This document shows positions 44,045 through 52,807 of a DNA stretch of 56,410 nt, piece by piece (the stretch's first letter is position 1; the number at the start of each line of letters is the position of its first letter). Under the pieces are notes generated by a model that was not told where the DNA came from, searched no databases, and saw only the letters and a list, made by a program, of their open reading frames with translations. The DNA is from a virus. Lineage: Duplodnaviria > Caudoviricetes. The translations under genes and the position numbers were made by a program. The DNA lies in IMG/VR virus record IMGVR_UViG_3300044708_000067, positions 1-56,410 of that record. One strand, written 5' to 3'.

Positions 44045-44226
44045 GGCGTGCGCTCCGGCAGTATAGTCAGCACACAGTGCGCGCTCGTCTGCGGCGGCGC
44101 TTCAAGCCGTATCGCTCCGTCGCAGAAACGGCATTCGCACTCCTCGATGCGTATCTCGCAGGCGGGCAGTTCCTTGCTGCCGCACCCTGCCAGCATCAGG
44201 CACAGCAGGAAGACAGCGCGGGTCAT
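44041..44226 (-). CDS. Small Cys-rich lipoprotein
   Basis: MTRAVFLLCLMLAG-C lipobox; ATGA overlaps. Confidence 0.65.
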   Translation of the reverse strand: MTRAVFLLCLMLAGCGSKELPACEIRIEECECRFCDGAIRLEAPPQTSAHCVLTILPERTP

Positions 44227-44801
44227 GCCTGCGCCTCCGCTGCCGCCTGCGCCTGCCACTGCGGCCTGCGCCCAGGCACGAAGCGAACTGTGAGCGCCCC
44301 CAAGTCCTTCCATGACTTGTTGTAAAGAATCATGCGTGCCGTCACTCGTGATATGCCGTGTTCGGCGGCTACCACCTTCATCATTTCACCGCTGGACAGA
44401 CGTAAGCGAATCTCGTCCACGTCATCCTGCGATAGCTTGGCGCTATGATTCAAACTGCCGATGAAGTGTGGTCCCTTCGTTCTTCCCTTGCGACTTGCAT
44501 CTTGGAGGTTGTCTTTTTGGGTTCCGAGGAACAGATGGTCCGGTCGCACGCACGGCGGGTTGTCGCAGTGGTGGCACACGAACAGGCTCTCGTCGAATGG
44601 GCCGACCAATAGCCTGAATGCGGCACGGTGCGCGCCAATCTTGCGACCAGCAAGATAGAAGTGGCCATAGCCATTTTGCTTATTTATTTCGCCACGCCAT
44701 TCCCAACAGCCATTGGCATTCTTCTCGACGCTCCTAAAGAATCTCCGCGTGGCATGTGCCACGTAAGCCGGATCACTCAGCAAGCGTTTCCGCTGGGCCA
44801 T
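44223..44801 (-). CDS. Free-standing HNH homing endonuclease with C-terminal HTH
   Basis: CWEWRG...GYG...AHR...VCHHCDNPPCVRPDHL.LGT.KDN..D...KGR followed by AKL...V.EIR. Confidence 0.9.
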   Translation of the reverse strand: MAQRKRLLSDPAYVAHATRRFFRSVEKNANGCWEWRGEINKQNGYGHFYLAGRKIGAHRAAFRLLVGPFDESLFVCHHCDNPPCVRPDHLFLGTQKDNLQDASRKGRTKGPHFIGSLNHSAKLSQDDVDEIRLRLSSGEMMKVVAAEHGISRVTARMILYNKSWKDLGALTVRFVPGRRPQWQAQAAAEAQA

Positions 44802-45678
44802 CGGCCATCACCTCCCGTTCTTGCATCGCCTTCCATTGAGAACACCATGCCGATACTCGACAGTATTGAACGCAACGTGTTTGTTCCCCCGGTCTGGTCT
44901 CTATGTGCCACTTTGCATTGCGCATATTAGCCGCTGCCCATTCGTTCGCTTCTGCCAGCGTGCTCAATACCCTCGCTGCTCGCTTGTTGCCGTCTTTAAC
45001 TACCGCGTGCGTCGTCGGCTTCTCCCAGCGCTCGGCGGGTGTGCAGTCGGGCACGCTGCCTGCCGCCGCTGCCTGGTGCAGCGCCACGCGCTCGGCAATG
45101 TACTGCTGTGCCTGCTCAGCAGGCCACAGCGTCGCGGGGACTGTCGCGGTGTTGTGCTGGGGGAACGCGGGGTCTTTGCGCGCCTGCGGTCGCGACCAAT
45201 CGCGCAGGAAGGCGATAATGCGCCCGCGCTTTACCGGGAAGTTGTGCTCGCGGAGCATGTGCGCGTAGCTGTTGAGTTGGTTGACCCACTCCACCTTTTC
45301 GCCGTCGCGCTCGGCGTAGACGATGGGCCACACGGGCGTGACCTTCCAGTCGTTCAGCGTGCCGTCGTCCTCATACACGTCGGGATGCCCCGTCACGGTC
45401 CACCCGCCGACCTGAATCTCAAGCTGCTCCTCCGTGAGCGTATTGGCGTGCGTGTGCTGGCGCATGACCTCGTGCAACGCGGAGCCAAACAGCGCGAAAA
45501 TACGGTCGCTCACGTCCTCCTCAATCTCGGCCCAATGCGCCCGCGTGAGCACGCGCACCTGCGGCGCGTCGATCAGCTCCGTCACGCGGATGCGCTCCAG
45601 CGCGCCGGGCGGCTGTATGCTCGCCTCGACGGCGGTGACGAGCGCGGCGGGCAGATTGAACTTGTTTCGCAATATCAT
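44773..45678 (-). CDS. PD-(D/E)XK exonuclease, Cas4-like, with C-terminal Cys cluster
   Basis: G.A.H...E...G.PD......DWK.T...QLN.Y and CT..ERW...RC..YC....WC.Q. Confidence 0.85.
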   Translation of the reverse strand: MILRNKFNLPAALVTAVEASIQPPGALERIRVTELIDAPQVRVLTRAHWAEIEEDVSDRIFALFGSALHEVMRQHTHANTLTEEQLEIQVGGWTVTGHPDVYEDDGTLNDWKVTPVWPIVYAERDGEKVEWVNQLNSYAHMLREHNFPVKRGRIIAFLRDWSRPQARKDPAFPQHNTATVPATLWPAEQAQQYIAERVALHQAAAAGSVPDCTPAERWEKPTTHAVVKDGNKRAARVLSTLAEANEWAAANMRNAKWHIETRPGEQTRCVQYCRVSAWCSQWKAMQEREVMADGPAETLAE

Positions 45679-45953
45679 CCGCCCACCCCCGGCAGCGCCA
45701 GCCCGCCGCCCTGGTCCTCGCCCATCGGCACGGCCACCGCCTTGCGCCGCCGCGCCTTCGGCTTCGCGCCCGCGCAGGCGTGGCGGGCATAGCCTGTCAA
45801 GGCATACGCGCTCTCGGCGCTGCCTAGCACAAACACGCGGATCGGGACAGGATCGACGCGCACATACCTGCGGCCCATCGGCAGCACGACGATAGGCTGG
45901 CCGCACTGCGGGCATGACAAGGGCGGCACGATGTTCTTGCGACGGCGGCTCAT
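45675..45953 (-). CDS. Small zinc-ribbon protein
   Basis: CPQCGQPI...VDP...H.C. Confidence 0.6.
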   Translation of the reverse strand: MSRRRKNIVPPLSCPQCGQPIVVLPMGRRYVRVDPVPIRVFVLGSAESAYALTGYARHACAGAKPKARRRKAVAVPMGEDQGGGLALPGVGG

Positions 45954-46201
45954 GCGTCCACCTGGGCCAGCGCCTCTGCTAGCGGCGGCGCTGCGGGCGG
46001 GAACGCGGCGGCAAGCGCGGCTTCGGGCGTTGCGCCGTTGCTGTGCCCGAAATCCTCGCGGTAGACGTTCCACCGTAGTTCGGGTCCACTGCCGCTTGTG
46101 TAGGCGTCGAACGATACGCTCACCGACCAATACAGCTTGCCTTCCAGCCCGAGCGCGGCCACCTTCGCCCGCACGGCCTCGATCAGTTCCTTGTACGTCA
46201 T
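45950..46201 (-). CDS. Hypothetical protein
   Basis: AAGGAGG RBS; G.TPEAAL motif. Confidence 0.6.
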   Translation of the reverse strand: MTYKELIEAVRAKVAALGLEGKLYWSVSVSFDAYTSGSGPELRWNVYREDFGHSNGATPEAALAAAFPPAAPPLAEALAQVDA

Positions 46202-46221
46202 TCGCTTGCCTCCTTTGCCGC

Positions 46222-46518
46222 TCAATCGCAATACGGCTGCGTCACAATGGCATGCCACACCCCGGTGGCCTCTTTCTTCAGCATGGTCAGGCTCGGCTCT
46301 AGAAATTCCGGCTTGTCTGAGAACTCGTGCACCAACGCACGAACGTATCGCTTTATCACCGATTCCTCGAACTGTGCCGGTGCCCATTCCTCTGGCTGGT
46401 TCAGGAAGTACGGCACCCACTCGACGCGCAGTATCGCTTCGTACACGCTATCGGCGTATGCACGCGGCTGGCCCGCCCGCAGGCGCTCCACCGTCACTCG
46501 CACGTCGCCGCGCTTCAT
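46222..46518 (-). CDS. Hypothetical protein
   Basis: 98-aa ORF in the leftward operon. Confidence 0.6.
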   Translation of the reverse strand: MKRGDVRVTVERLRAGQPRAYADSVYEAILRVEWVPYFLNQPEEWAPAQFEESVIKRYVRALVHEFSDKPEFLEPSLTMLKKEATGVWHAIVTQPYCD

Positions 46519-46823
46519 AGCCGTCGCTGCGCGTCGCGGGCCTGCTCGTCGCGCATGGCCTCGCCGTCTGCCAGCGCGTCGGCCTGCGCCTGCGCTTCGG
46601 CGTCGTCATCTGCGGCTGTCGCCGTGTAGAGCAGTGGCGGGCCTTCGCCGTAGTTGTGGTCGAGCCCTAAGAACACCGTTGAGACCTTCACGCCATCAGC
46701 AACATCGTCTTGCGCAACGATGCGCTTCGCGTTCGCTGTCTCATACCATTGCGCCCACTGCTGTAGATCGTCGCATGGCACCGGATTGCCCGCGTCGTCG
46801 AGAATATAATACTTGTCGCTCAT
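46515..46823 (-). CDS. Conserved phage protein (VSTVFLGLDH motif)
   Basis: YYILD...PVPC....WA.W...VSTVFLGLDHN....PPLL. Confidence 0.7.
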   Translation of the reverse strand: MSDKYYILDDAGNPVPCDDLQQWAQWYETANAKRIVAQDDVADGVKVSTVFLGLDHNYGEGPPLLYTATAADDDAEAQAQADALADGEAMRDEQARDAQRRL

Positions 46824-47053
46824 GCCTCTGCCTCCTTTGCCGCCAGCCGCTTGACTGCGCTGGCGTATGCGGCGCGCAGCCGCTTGCGGTCTGCGCGGGT
46901 CAGCTTGCCTCGATCGCGCTGAATAGCAGCGCCCACTTCCTGTAGCTCCGCGCCGTCCGCTGCCTCTGCCAGCAGTTCGCCAAATTGGTACGCTATCGAG
47001 CCGCTGCTGATGCGGCTGATGCTGGCCTTTGGCGTGCGGATGGCGCGCGTCAT
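46820..47053 (-). CDS. Hypothetical helical protein
   Basis: ATGA overlaps on both sides. Confidence 0.5.
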   Translation of the reverse strand: MTRAIRTPKASISRISSGSIAYQFGELLAEAADGAELQEVGAAIQRDRGKLTRADRKRLRAAYASAVKRLAAKEAEA

Positions 47054-47307
47054 GGCTTGGCCAGCGGCAGGCCGAACAGCCGCAGTACGTTATTGCTGCG
47101 TGGGATGACTACAACGGCGTGTTGCAGCAGCCGGGCGGTGTGTGCAGTAGCCCATACGGAGGCATCCACGGTCACGTCGTCGATGTGCGTGCCGCCCGGA
47201 TATTCTTCCGCCCACCGATAGCGCTGCTGTTCCAAGATGCTCTCCAACTCCGCTACGCGCTTGCGTAGCGCTCGCGCCTCGCGGCGGCTGATCGGCTTCG
47301 CTGCCAT
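47050..47307 (-). CDS. Hypothetical protein
   Basis: ISRREARALRKRVAELE...W...YPGG.HI. Confidence 0.6.
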   Translation of the reverse strand: MAAKPISRREARALRKRVAELESILEQQRYRWAEEYPGGTHIDDVTVDASVWATAHTARLLQHAVVVIPRSNNVLRLFGLPLAKP

Positions 47308-47308
47308 G

Positions 47309-47980
47309 TCAGTTGCTTGGCAGTTGGTCCTGCAGCGCCAGCACGCCGAGCCGCGCCTTGGCCGCGTCGGCCAGCGACGCCTTCTCCGTGCCGTCGAGCG
47401 CCGCGTCGCCCCCGATGCCCATCATCACCAGCGCCACGTCGCCCTGCGTCTTGGCCGTGGCAATGGCCTGCGCGTAGCGCTCGCGGGCGCTCTGCGGCGG
47501 CGGCGGCTCTGCGCCAAGGCGTAGCCTGCCGTCGCTGGCCGCGATCACGAAGCTGCACGCCACGCTGGCCGTAGCGGCGACGATAGCAGCAGCGACCGTG
47601 GGCTCGTTGGCCGCAAGGCCGTTGGCCTTCGCCATGTCGGCGAACGCGCCGCCGACCGTGATGATGGTGTCGGCGGCAGTGCTGAGCGCGGCGTCGAAGC
47701 CGAGACGGCCAGCGGGCGCCGCCTGTGCCGCTGCCGTGCGCGGCGCGGCGGCTTGTGCAGCAGCAGGCGGCGGCTGTCGCGGCGCGCTGCCGAGCCCCTC
47801 GATCCAGCCTGCCCACGGCTTCGTGTTGCCGTTCTTGTCCTTGCCGCCTTGGCAGAGCGTGGATGAGCAGCGGAAGTCGGGTGACGACTCGCTGCGCTTC
47901 TGGTTGCGCACGTCCACGGCAGGGCTGCCGCATGACGGGCATGTCGGGTTGGCGAAGTCAAAATTAGCGGGGAGCGGCAT
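47309..47980 (-). CDS. Zinc-ribbon (PDFxC) protein, possible recombination/ssDNA-binding factor
   Basis: AAGGAGG RBS; CPSCG...D.R..K....PDFRC....C. Confidence 0.6.
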   Translation of the reverse strand: MPLPANFDFANPTCPSCGSPAVDVRNQKRSESSPDFRCSSTLCQGGKDKNGNTKPWAGWIEGLGSAPRQPPPAAAQAAAPRTAAAQAAPAGRLGFDAALSTAADTIITVGGAFADMAKANGLAANEPTVAAAIVAATASVACSFVIAASDGRLRLGAEPPPPQSARERYAQAIATAKTQGDVALVMMGIGGDAALDGTEKASLADAAKARLGVLALQDQLPSN

Positions 47981-48188
47981 CGTCGGCCTCCTTTGTGGGC
48001 ATTGTGGCGTCCAGGTACGGCTGTGAGAGTTCTTCGGCTTCAAAGATTAGGCGCATCCAGTGATTCTCATCGCTGGCCGCGCCCATAAAATCCACAAGTA
48101 CCCAGCCGCCCATTTCCGCTACGTACTTGTCTTTCAGCACGTCCAGTGCGCGCCGTAGCTTTACGATGATCTCCGCGTCGCTGGCCAT
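47964..48188 (-). CDS. Hypothetical protein
   Basis: 74-aa ORF coupled to neighbours. Confidence 0.55.
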   Translation of the reverse strand: MASDAEIIVKLRRALDVLKDKYVAEMGGWVLVDFMGAASDENHWMRLIFEAEELSQPYLDATMPTKEADDAAPR

Positions 48189-48436
48189 CACTTGCTCCCT
48201 TCCGCGCCGTCGCGCGCCTCAAAGTACGCTGCGTTCGCGCCACAGCCCGCGCCGCTCTGCCGCTCAACAATGCAGTACGCGATGGCTGGCGTGCCCGTTA
48301 CCAAGTCGTCGCGCTGTGCCTGCGGGGCATCGCAGCGCCATTGCATCCCAGGCGTGACGCGGTCGCAGTGCTTGCAGTCGCGGCAGAAGCGCGGCGGCGT
48401 GCGGGCGGTGTCTGCTGTCTGTGCTGTGCTGTCCAT
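48188..48436 (-). CDS. Small Cys-rich phage protein
   Basis: FCRDCKHC...C..P...DLVTG....C..ER....CG..A.YFE. Confidence 0.7.
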   Translation of the reverse strand: MDSTAQTADTARTPPRFCRDCKHCDRVTPGMQWRCDAPQAQRDDLVTGTPAIAYCIVERQSGAGCGANAAYFEARDGAEGSK

Positions 48437-48438
48437 GC

Positions 48439-49011
48439 TCAGGCTCTCTTGCTCAGCGCGGCATCGGCCTTCACGAACACCCCGGCAACGGTCAGCAACT
48501 GCACAACGGCCTGCCCAGCGGCGGTCAATTCGTAGCGATGGCTGCCATGCACGGCTGCGCGCTTGAGCATGATGAGCCCACGCTTCACCAGTGCAGAAGC
48601 GGTCATCAATCCGCAGTCGGGAGCGGCGGCACCCATCTGTTGAAAGTAGCGCCCACGATCCCACTGCACGTCGTCGGCAACCGCACACAGGTATTCGAGC
48701 ATCGGCTGCGTCAGGTTCAACGCCATGCCCGTTCGCATGATGGTCCCGCGAAACGCCGCACGCCAGTCAGTGATGTCGGGCACCTTGCGCACGATCTCGC
48801 GCGACGGCGCGCATGTCGCTGGCAACGGTAGCCCACGCTTGCGGGCGTGCATGCTGACGGTGCTCCTGATGTCGTTCGCGTAGCCGCCATAGACGGCAAT
48901 CTCCGCTGGCAAGTAGCCCTGCTTGGCGAGTTCGTAATACGCCGCAGCCTTTGAGCCACCATCTCGCAGTGCCGCGTCCACTTTCCGCTGCGTCAGTCTC
49001 TCTAGCTTCAT
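48439..49011 (-). CDS. Putative DNA-binding protein (HTH plus winged helix)
   Basis: GGAGG RBS; GY.PAEIA...; SALVKRGLI...YELTAAG; first gene of the leftward early unit. Confidence 0.6.
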   Translation of the reverse strand: MKLERLTQRKVDAALRDGGSKAAAYYELAKQGYLPAEIAVYGGYANDIRSTVSMHARKRGLPLPATCAPSREIVRKVPDITDWRAAFRGTIMRTGMALNLTQPMLEYLCAVADDVQWDRGRYFQQMGAAAPDCGLMTASALVKRGLIMLKRAAVHGSHRYELTAAGQAVVQLLTVAGVFVKADAALSKRA

Positions 49012-49155
49012 CCGCGTCTGTCCTCCCGCTGATGCTCTTACGCGAACGGCGCAAAATAGTCAAGGACTTTCTTTACGCGGTGCCGGGGCGCTACTGAGCG
49101 ACGCCACAAGATTCTTCTTGACGCCGTTTCGATTCCATTATACAGAAGGCAGCGT
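49012..49155. promoter_or_regulatory. Divergent promoter region between early units
   Basis: AT-richer gap; TTGACT on the minus strand near 49058-49063 and TTGACG on the plus strand at 49118; -10 matches are weak. Confidence 0.45.
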
Positions 49156-49371
49156 ATGGCACCCGGACGTGGAGCACTCAAGCGCGCGATCAAGGCCAGC
49201 GGCGGCGTGACCGTCTTTGCCAAGCGGCTCGGCAACTCACGCGAGCTGGTCTACCAGTGGCTGCGCTCAGGCGGTGTGCCGCTGTCGCGCATCCGCGATG
49301 TAGTGAAGGCGAGCAACGGCGCAGTCACTGCACGCGAGCTGCGGCCAGACGTGGCAGAGCTGCTGCGATGA
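49156..49371 (+). CDS. Cro/YdaS-family HTH regulator
   Basis: GGVTVFAKRLGNSRELVYQW...VP......SNGAVTARELRPD. Confidence 0.85.
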   Translation: MAPGRGALKRAIKASGGVTVFAKRLGNSRELVYQWLRSGGVPLSRIRDVVKASNGAVTARELRPDVAELLR

Positions 49372-49820
49372 GCCCACGCCAAGCCCTGCACGACGCCGAA
49401 GTGGCCCACGTCGCCCGCGCCCTGCGCGCACGCGGCTGCGAAGTGCTGCTGACGCGGCGGCGAGCTACGCCGACAGCGCCCGCAGGCGATCTGCGCGTGA
49501 ACGGGCGCACCGTGGCCGTGATTACGGCGCGCACGCAGACCAAGCAGCATGGCGTGACGACGCGCGGCAAGCGCTACGTCTACCGCTACAGCGGCGCGTA
49601 CTGGAATCTGCAATCGCACGCGCAGCGGCGGCGCCCGGTGGACCTGTACGTGTTCGTGTGGCTCGATCCGCATGGCCGCGCGCACCGCTTCGTGGTGCCG
49701 GGCGCGCTCATGTCGCGGCGCTGGAATCTTGCCGTGCTGCCGCTGCGCCCGCTCGCGGACGGCAGGCACTGGCTGTGCGCGTATCGCAATGCGTGGCAGC
49801 ACGCGCAGGCGGCGGCATGA
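49368..49820 (+). CDS. PD-(D/E)XK-fold protein with degenerate active site
   Basis: E..VA..L...G, GDL.VNG, VDLYVFV, FVVP; VAVIT stands where (D/E)xK is expected. Confidence 0.55.
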   Translation: MSPRQALHDAEVAHVARALRARGCEVLLTRRRATPTAPAGDLRVNGRTVAVITARTQTKQHGVTTRGKRYVYRYSGAYWNLQSHAQRRRPVDLYVFVWLDPHGRAHRFVVPGALMSRRWNLAVLPLRPLADGRHWLCAYRNAWQHAQAAA

Positions 49821-50053
49821 CGCCAGCCGGGCGCGACATCTGGACGCGGGCCTTGCGCGTGAACCGCGACCGCGACAACGGCACAACCGTCCAGGTTGGT
49901 AGCTCCTGGCTCGGACTTCTCGGCCTGTTATTCATCGGACTGAAACTCATTCACGTCATAGAGTGGTCGTGGTGGTGGGTGCTCGCTCCGTTGTGGGCAC
50001 CGTGGGCACTCGTCATCGCCATCTTCTTGTTCATCGCGGTGGCCACGCCATGA
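49817..50053 (+). CDS. Small membrane protein (WSWWWVLAPLW motif)
   Basis: LLFIGLKL.HVI.WSWWWVLAPLW, a common phage membrane-protein motif. Confidence 0.75.
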   Translation: MTPAGRDIWTRALRVNRDRDNGTTVQVGSSWLGLLGLLFIGLKLIHVIEWSWWWVLAPLWAPWALVIAIFLFIAVATP

Positions 50054-50245
50054 CCGGCCGCCGCCGCAAGCCCTGCCTGGCAGGCGCAGACACGCCAGGC
50101 CATCGCCGCTCGCGCTGCCCGCTCTGCAAGGCTGTGCGCTGCGCCGAGACGCGGGCAAGGCACCGCGCACGCTACCGCGCAGACTCGCTGGCGCGGTACT
50201 ACGCGGCGCGGGCGCTACCAACATACGCAGAAGGAGGAGAGTGCC

Positions 50246-50545
50246 ATGTATGGTGAACAGTACCAAGGACTCGGAGTCGCAGGACAGGCAGGTGGGGCGG
50301 TGTTGCCTCCACCACAGCAGCGCAACGGCACACGAGAGATGTTGAACCGGGCGCGCAATGAACTCGTCAACTGTCACGGCGCACTGAATGAGATTCGCCA
50401 TCTGCAACGCGACCAGCCACCGCAAGCTGCGGGCGCACCGACGCCGAGCGGCCCGCTGTGCCTTGACGCCGTGACGCAGGAGCTGGTGCAAGGGCTGGCC
50501 GAGCTGCACAAGGCGCTGTGCGTGCTGCGCGACGAGCTGGCGTAG
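50246..50545 (+). CDS. Helical hairpin hypothetical protein
   Basis: AGGAGGAG RBS; 99 aa. Confidence 0.6.
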   Translation: MYGEQYQGLGVAGQAGGAVLPPPQQRNGTREMLNRARNELVNCHGALNEIRHLQRDQPPQAAGAPTPSGPLCLDAVTQELVQGLAELHKALCVLRDELA

Positions 50546-50606
50546 GCGCGGCCGTTGCGCAGCTATGAGGCGGTGGCAAACTGAACGAGGAAAAGGAGGA
50601 GAGCAG

Positions 50607-50870
50607 ATGGCAATAGCCGAAGGTGATCCGAAGCGCGACATGTACATCAAGACGGTGAAACAGCATCGCAAGGACTTGGACGACGTGCTCCAGCGCGTGC
50701 GGACCAGCGGACCTTCGCGGGAAGTGTCGCTGGTCGTTACCAAGCTGCAAGAGGCGATCATGTGGCTCGGCATGGAGCTAAAGCGGCTGGGCAATCCAAC
50801 GCCGTACCCAGCCGGGTACGATCCTACCAGCGCCCGCGTTGAGCCGACCGCTGACGGGCTGAAACTCTGA
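50607..50870 (+). CDS. Acb2/Tad1-like helical-hairpin protein
   Basis: SREVSLVVTKLQEAIMWLG motif; AGGAGGAG RBS. Confidence 0.6.
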   Translation: MAIAEGDPKRDMYIKTVKQHRKDLDDVLQRVRTSGPSREVSLVVTKLQEAIMWLGMELKRLGNPTPYPAGYDPTSARVEPTADGLKL

Positions 50871-51166
50871 TGGCCCATCACGGCAGCAATCCAGACAGCC
50901 CGCCCATCTCTCAAGAGCTACTCGACAAGCTTTGTCAGAAAGAGGCGAAGCTGAACGACCTTGGCGCGACGGGCAGGTATCCGCTCGGCAAGATGGTCAA
51001 CGATGATGAGGGCGAGCTGCGCTTGGGCGTAGCGCACACCCCCGAGAAGGTGGTGTTGAACTTCGGCAAGCCCGTGGCGTGGATCGGTTTCGATGCGGAC
51101 CAGGCCGACGAGATTGCCAAGCTGCTGCACGAGCACGCAGCGGCGGTGCGCAATCGCGGCGCTTGA
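50870..51166 (+). CDS. Conserved phage hypothetical protein
   Basis: LGATG.YP.GK...DDEGEL...V...FGKPV.WIG...QA. Confidence 0.7.
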   Translation: MAHHGSNPDSPPISQELLDKLCQKEAKLNDLGATGRYPLGKMVNDDEGELRLGVAHTPEKVVLNFGKPVAWIGFDADQADEIAKLLHEHAAAVRNRGA

Positions 51167-51900
51167 CTTTCGCGATGGCTTGCGGGATAAGGCTTGCTAT
51201 GCGACGATGGGATGTAAACAGATTTCGCGCTTGCCGCCCGTCGTCGCAGACTAACGGCAATCCTGAGCAGCGCCCTTCCGTGGCAACACGGCGGGGCGTT
51301 GTTTCGCATGGCGCAAGTTCGCTGCGCCTGGCGTCGGGGCTCCATGCTCTGCGCCGAATTGCACTGGGCCGCAACACGCCTACGGGCGCGGGTCTTCGGT
51401 GCGTTGCGCTGGCCAGCGTGCGATCATGCCAGCAATTCTCTCTGCGGCGCAGTGCCGCAACGGCAACGCAGCGAGCCTGCGGGACATACGCTTCTATTGA
51501 TACCCGCTACCCATTGACGCATGAAGGCGGGGCGGCGCAGTTAGAGGGTCTGCGCCGCGAGTTGGGCTGTGTGGAGGGGATAGGCGTCACACCTACCTAA
51601 GACCCTTCCGACATAGTAGCTGGCCGCGACGCCACCGGAGCGAAACGGCTAGAACATGGGTGAGCGTGCAAAATTTAACGGCACGGTGGACCAAGGGAAA
51701 GGTGCGCCCTGTGTCGGGAGAAAAAGCGCGGTTTTTTCGCATGGTTTTGAAAGCAGCAAGGCAAGAGTCTGTGAAGGGTAAAAGCTGAAATGCTGCAAAC
51801 AGCGAAGCGCTAGAGCCTGCAACTGCTGCAAAGCCGCTTGCAGGAACGCTCTGGCAGCTAAGCAAAGCAGCAGAAGCAGATGGCGAGAGGTGTGGGCGAG

Positions 51901-52434
51901 ATGAGCAGGCACCTGGACGTGGACACGATACGGGATGCGGTAACGATGGTGGACGTGCTGACGGCGGCGGGGTACGACGCGCCGACCTCTCAAGGATTCA
52001 TCTGCTGCCCCAACCACAGTGAGAAGACGCCCTCGTGCAAGGTGTACCGTGACCACGTGTACTGCTACGGCTGCGCCTGGCACGCCGACGCCTTCACGCT
52101 GGCAATGGCGCTGCACAAGGTGCCGTTCAAGCAGGCGCTGGCGCACGTGGCGCGGCTGGCAGGCTACAGCGCGGACAGCGCGCCGCGCGTGGACATGGCG
52201 GCGGCCAATGCGCGCATCAGGGCGAAGCGCGAGCGCCAGCAACGCCGCGAGTGGTGGCGGGAGGAGCTAAACATGCTGACGGCAGAGCTGGGCGACATCG
52301 AGGGCGTGATCCGGGCGTGCGCGCGGCTGTGGCAGCAGGGCTATGCGGAGGCGGGCGACGCATTGGGCGCGGCGTACCGCGAGCGCGATAGGCTCACGCG
52401 GCTGGAGCAGATCGTGCGCGAGGCGCAGCCATGA
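51901..52434 (+). CDS. CHC2 zinc-finger (DnaG N-terminal) protein without TOPRIM domain
   Basis: CCPNHSEKTPSC...YCYGC...DAF...F.QAL, followed only by helices. Confidence 0.85.
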   Translation: MSRHLDVDTIRDAVTMVDVLTAAGYDAPTSQGFICCPNHSEKTPSCKVYRDHVYCYGCAWHADAFTLAMALHKVPFKQALAHVARLAGYSADSAPRVDMAAANARIRAKRERQQRREWWREELNMLTAELGDIEGVIRACARLWQQGYAEAGDALGAAYRERDRLTRLEQIVREAQP

Positions 52435-52453
52435 CGAACTGGAGGGTGAAGAC

Positions 52454-52807
52454 ATGAGCAAGCGAGTGTGCAACAAGCGTGGTCGGAAATACTCGCACGC
52501 GAATCGCCGCGACCGCCGCTATCGGCAGCGGCAACGGTTGCGTGCGTATCGACGTGCGCAGGAATCAGGGCATCGGGAACGGCGCAAGGCGATGGACGAG
52601 CGTTCGCCTGGGATCATGGCGTTGATCGCCCAGATGGGCCGTGCGTTCTTGCAGATGGGCCGACGTGATGTGTCTACGTCATGGCGGCGCGCACCACGCC
52701 ATAAGTTGCCGCCAGTAATCAGCCGCGTGGCGTTGTGGAAGCGTCGTGCCAAGTTGGGCGACCGCGAGGCAAAGCGGCGGCTGGCAATGCTCAGCGAGGC
52801 CGCATGA
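52454..52807 (+). CDS. Arg-rich hypothetical protein
   Basis: GGAGGG RBS; stop overlaps the next start. Confidence 0.5.
   Translation: MSKRVCNKRGRKYSHANRRDRRYRQRQRLRAYRRAQESGHRERRKAMDERSPGIMALIAQMGRAFLQMGRRDVSTSWRRAPRHKLPPVISRVALWKRRAKLGDREAKRRLAMLSEAA

Noticed and set aside
44773-45678. Cas4 as part of a CRISPR-Cas system
   Set aside because: No array or other cas genes are present; solo Cas4-like exonucleases are common phage recombination proteins.
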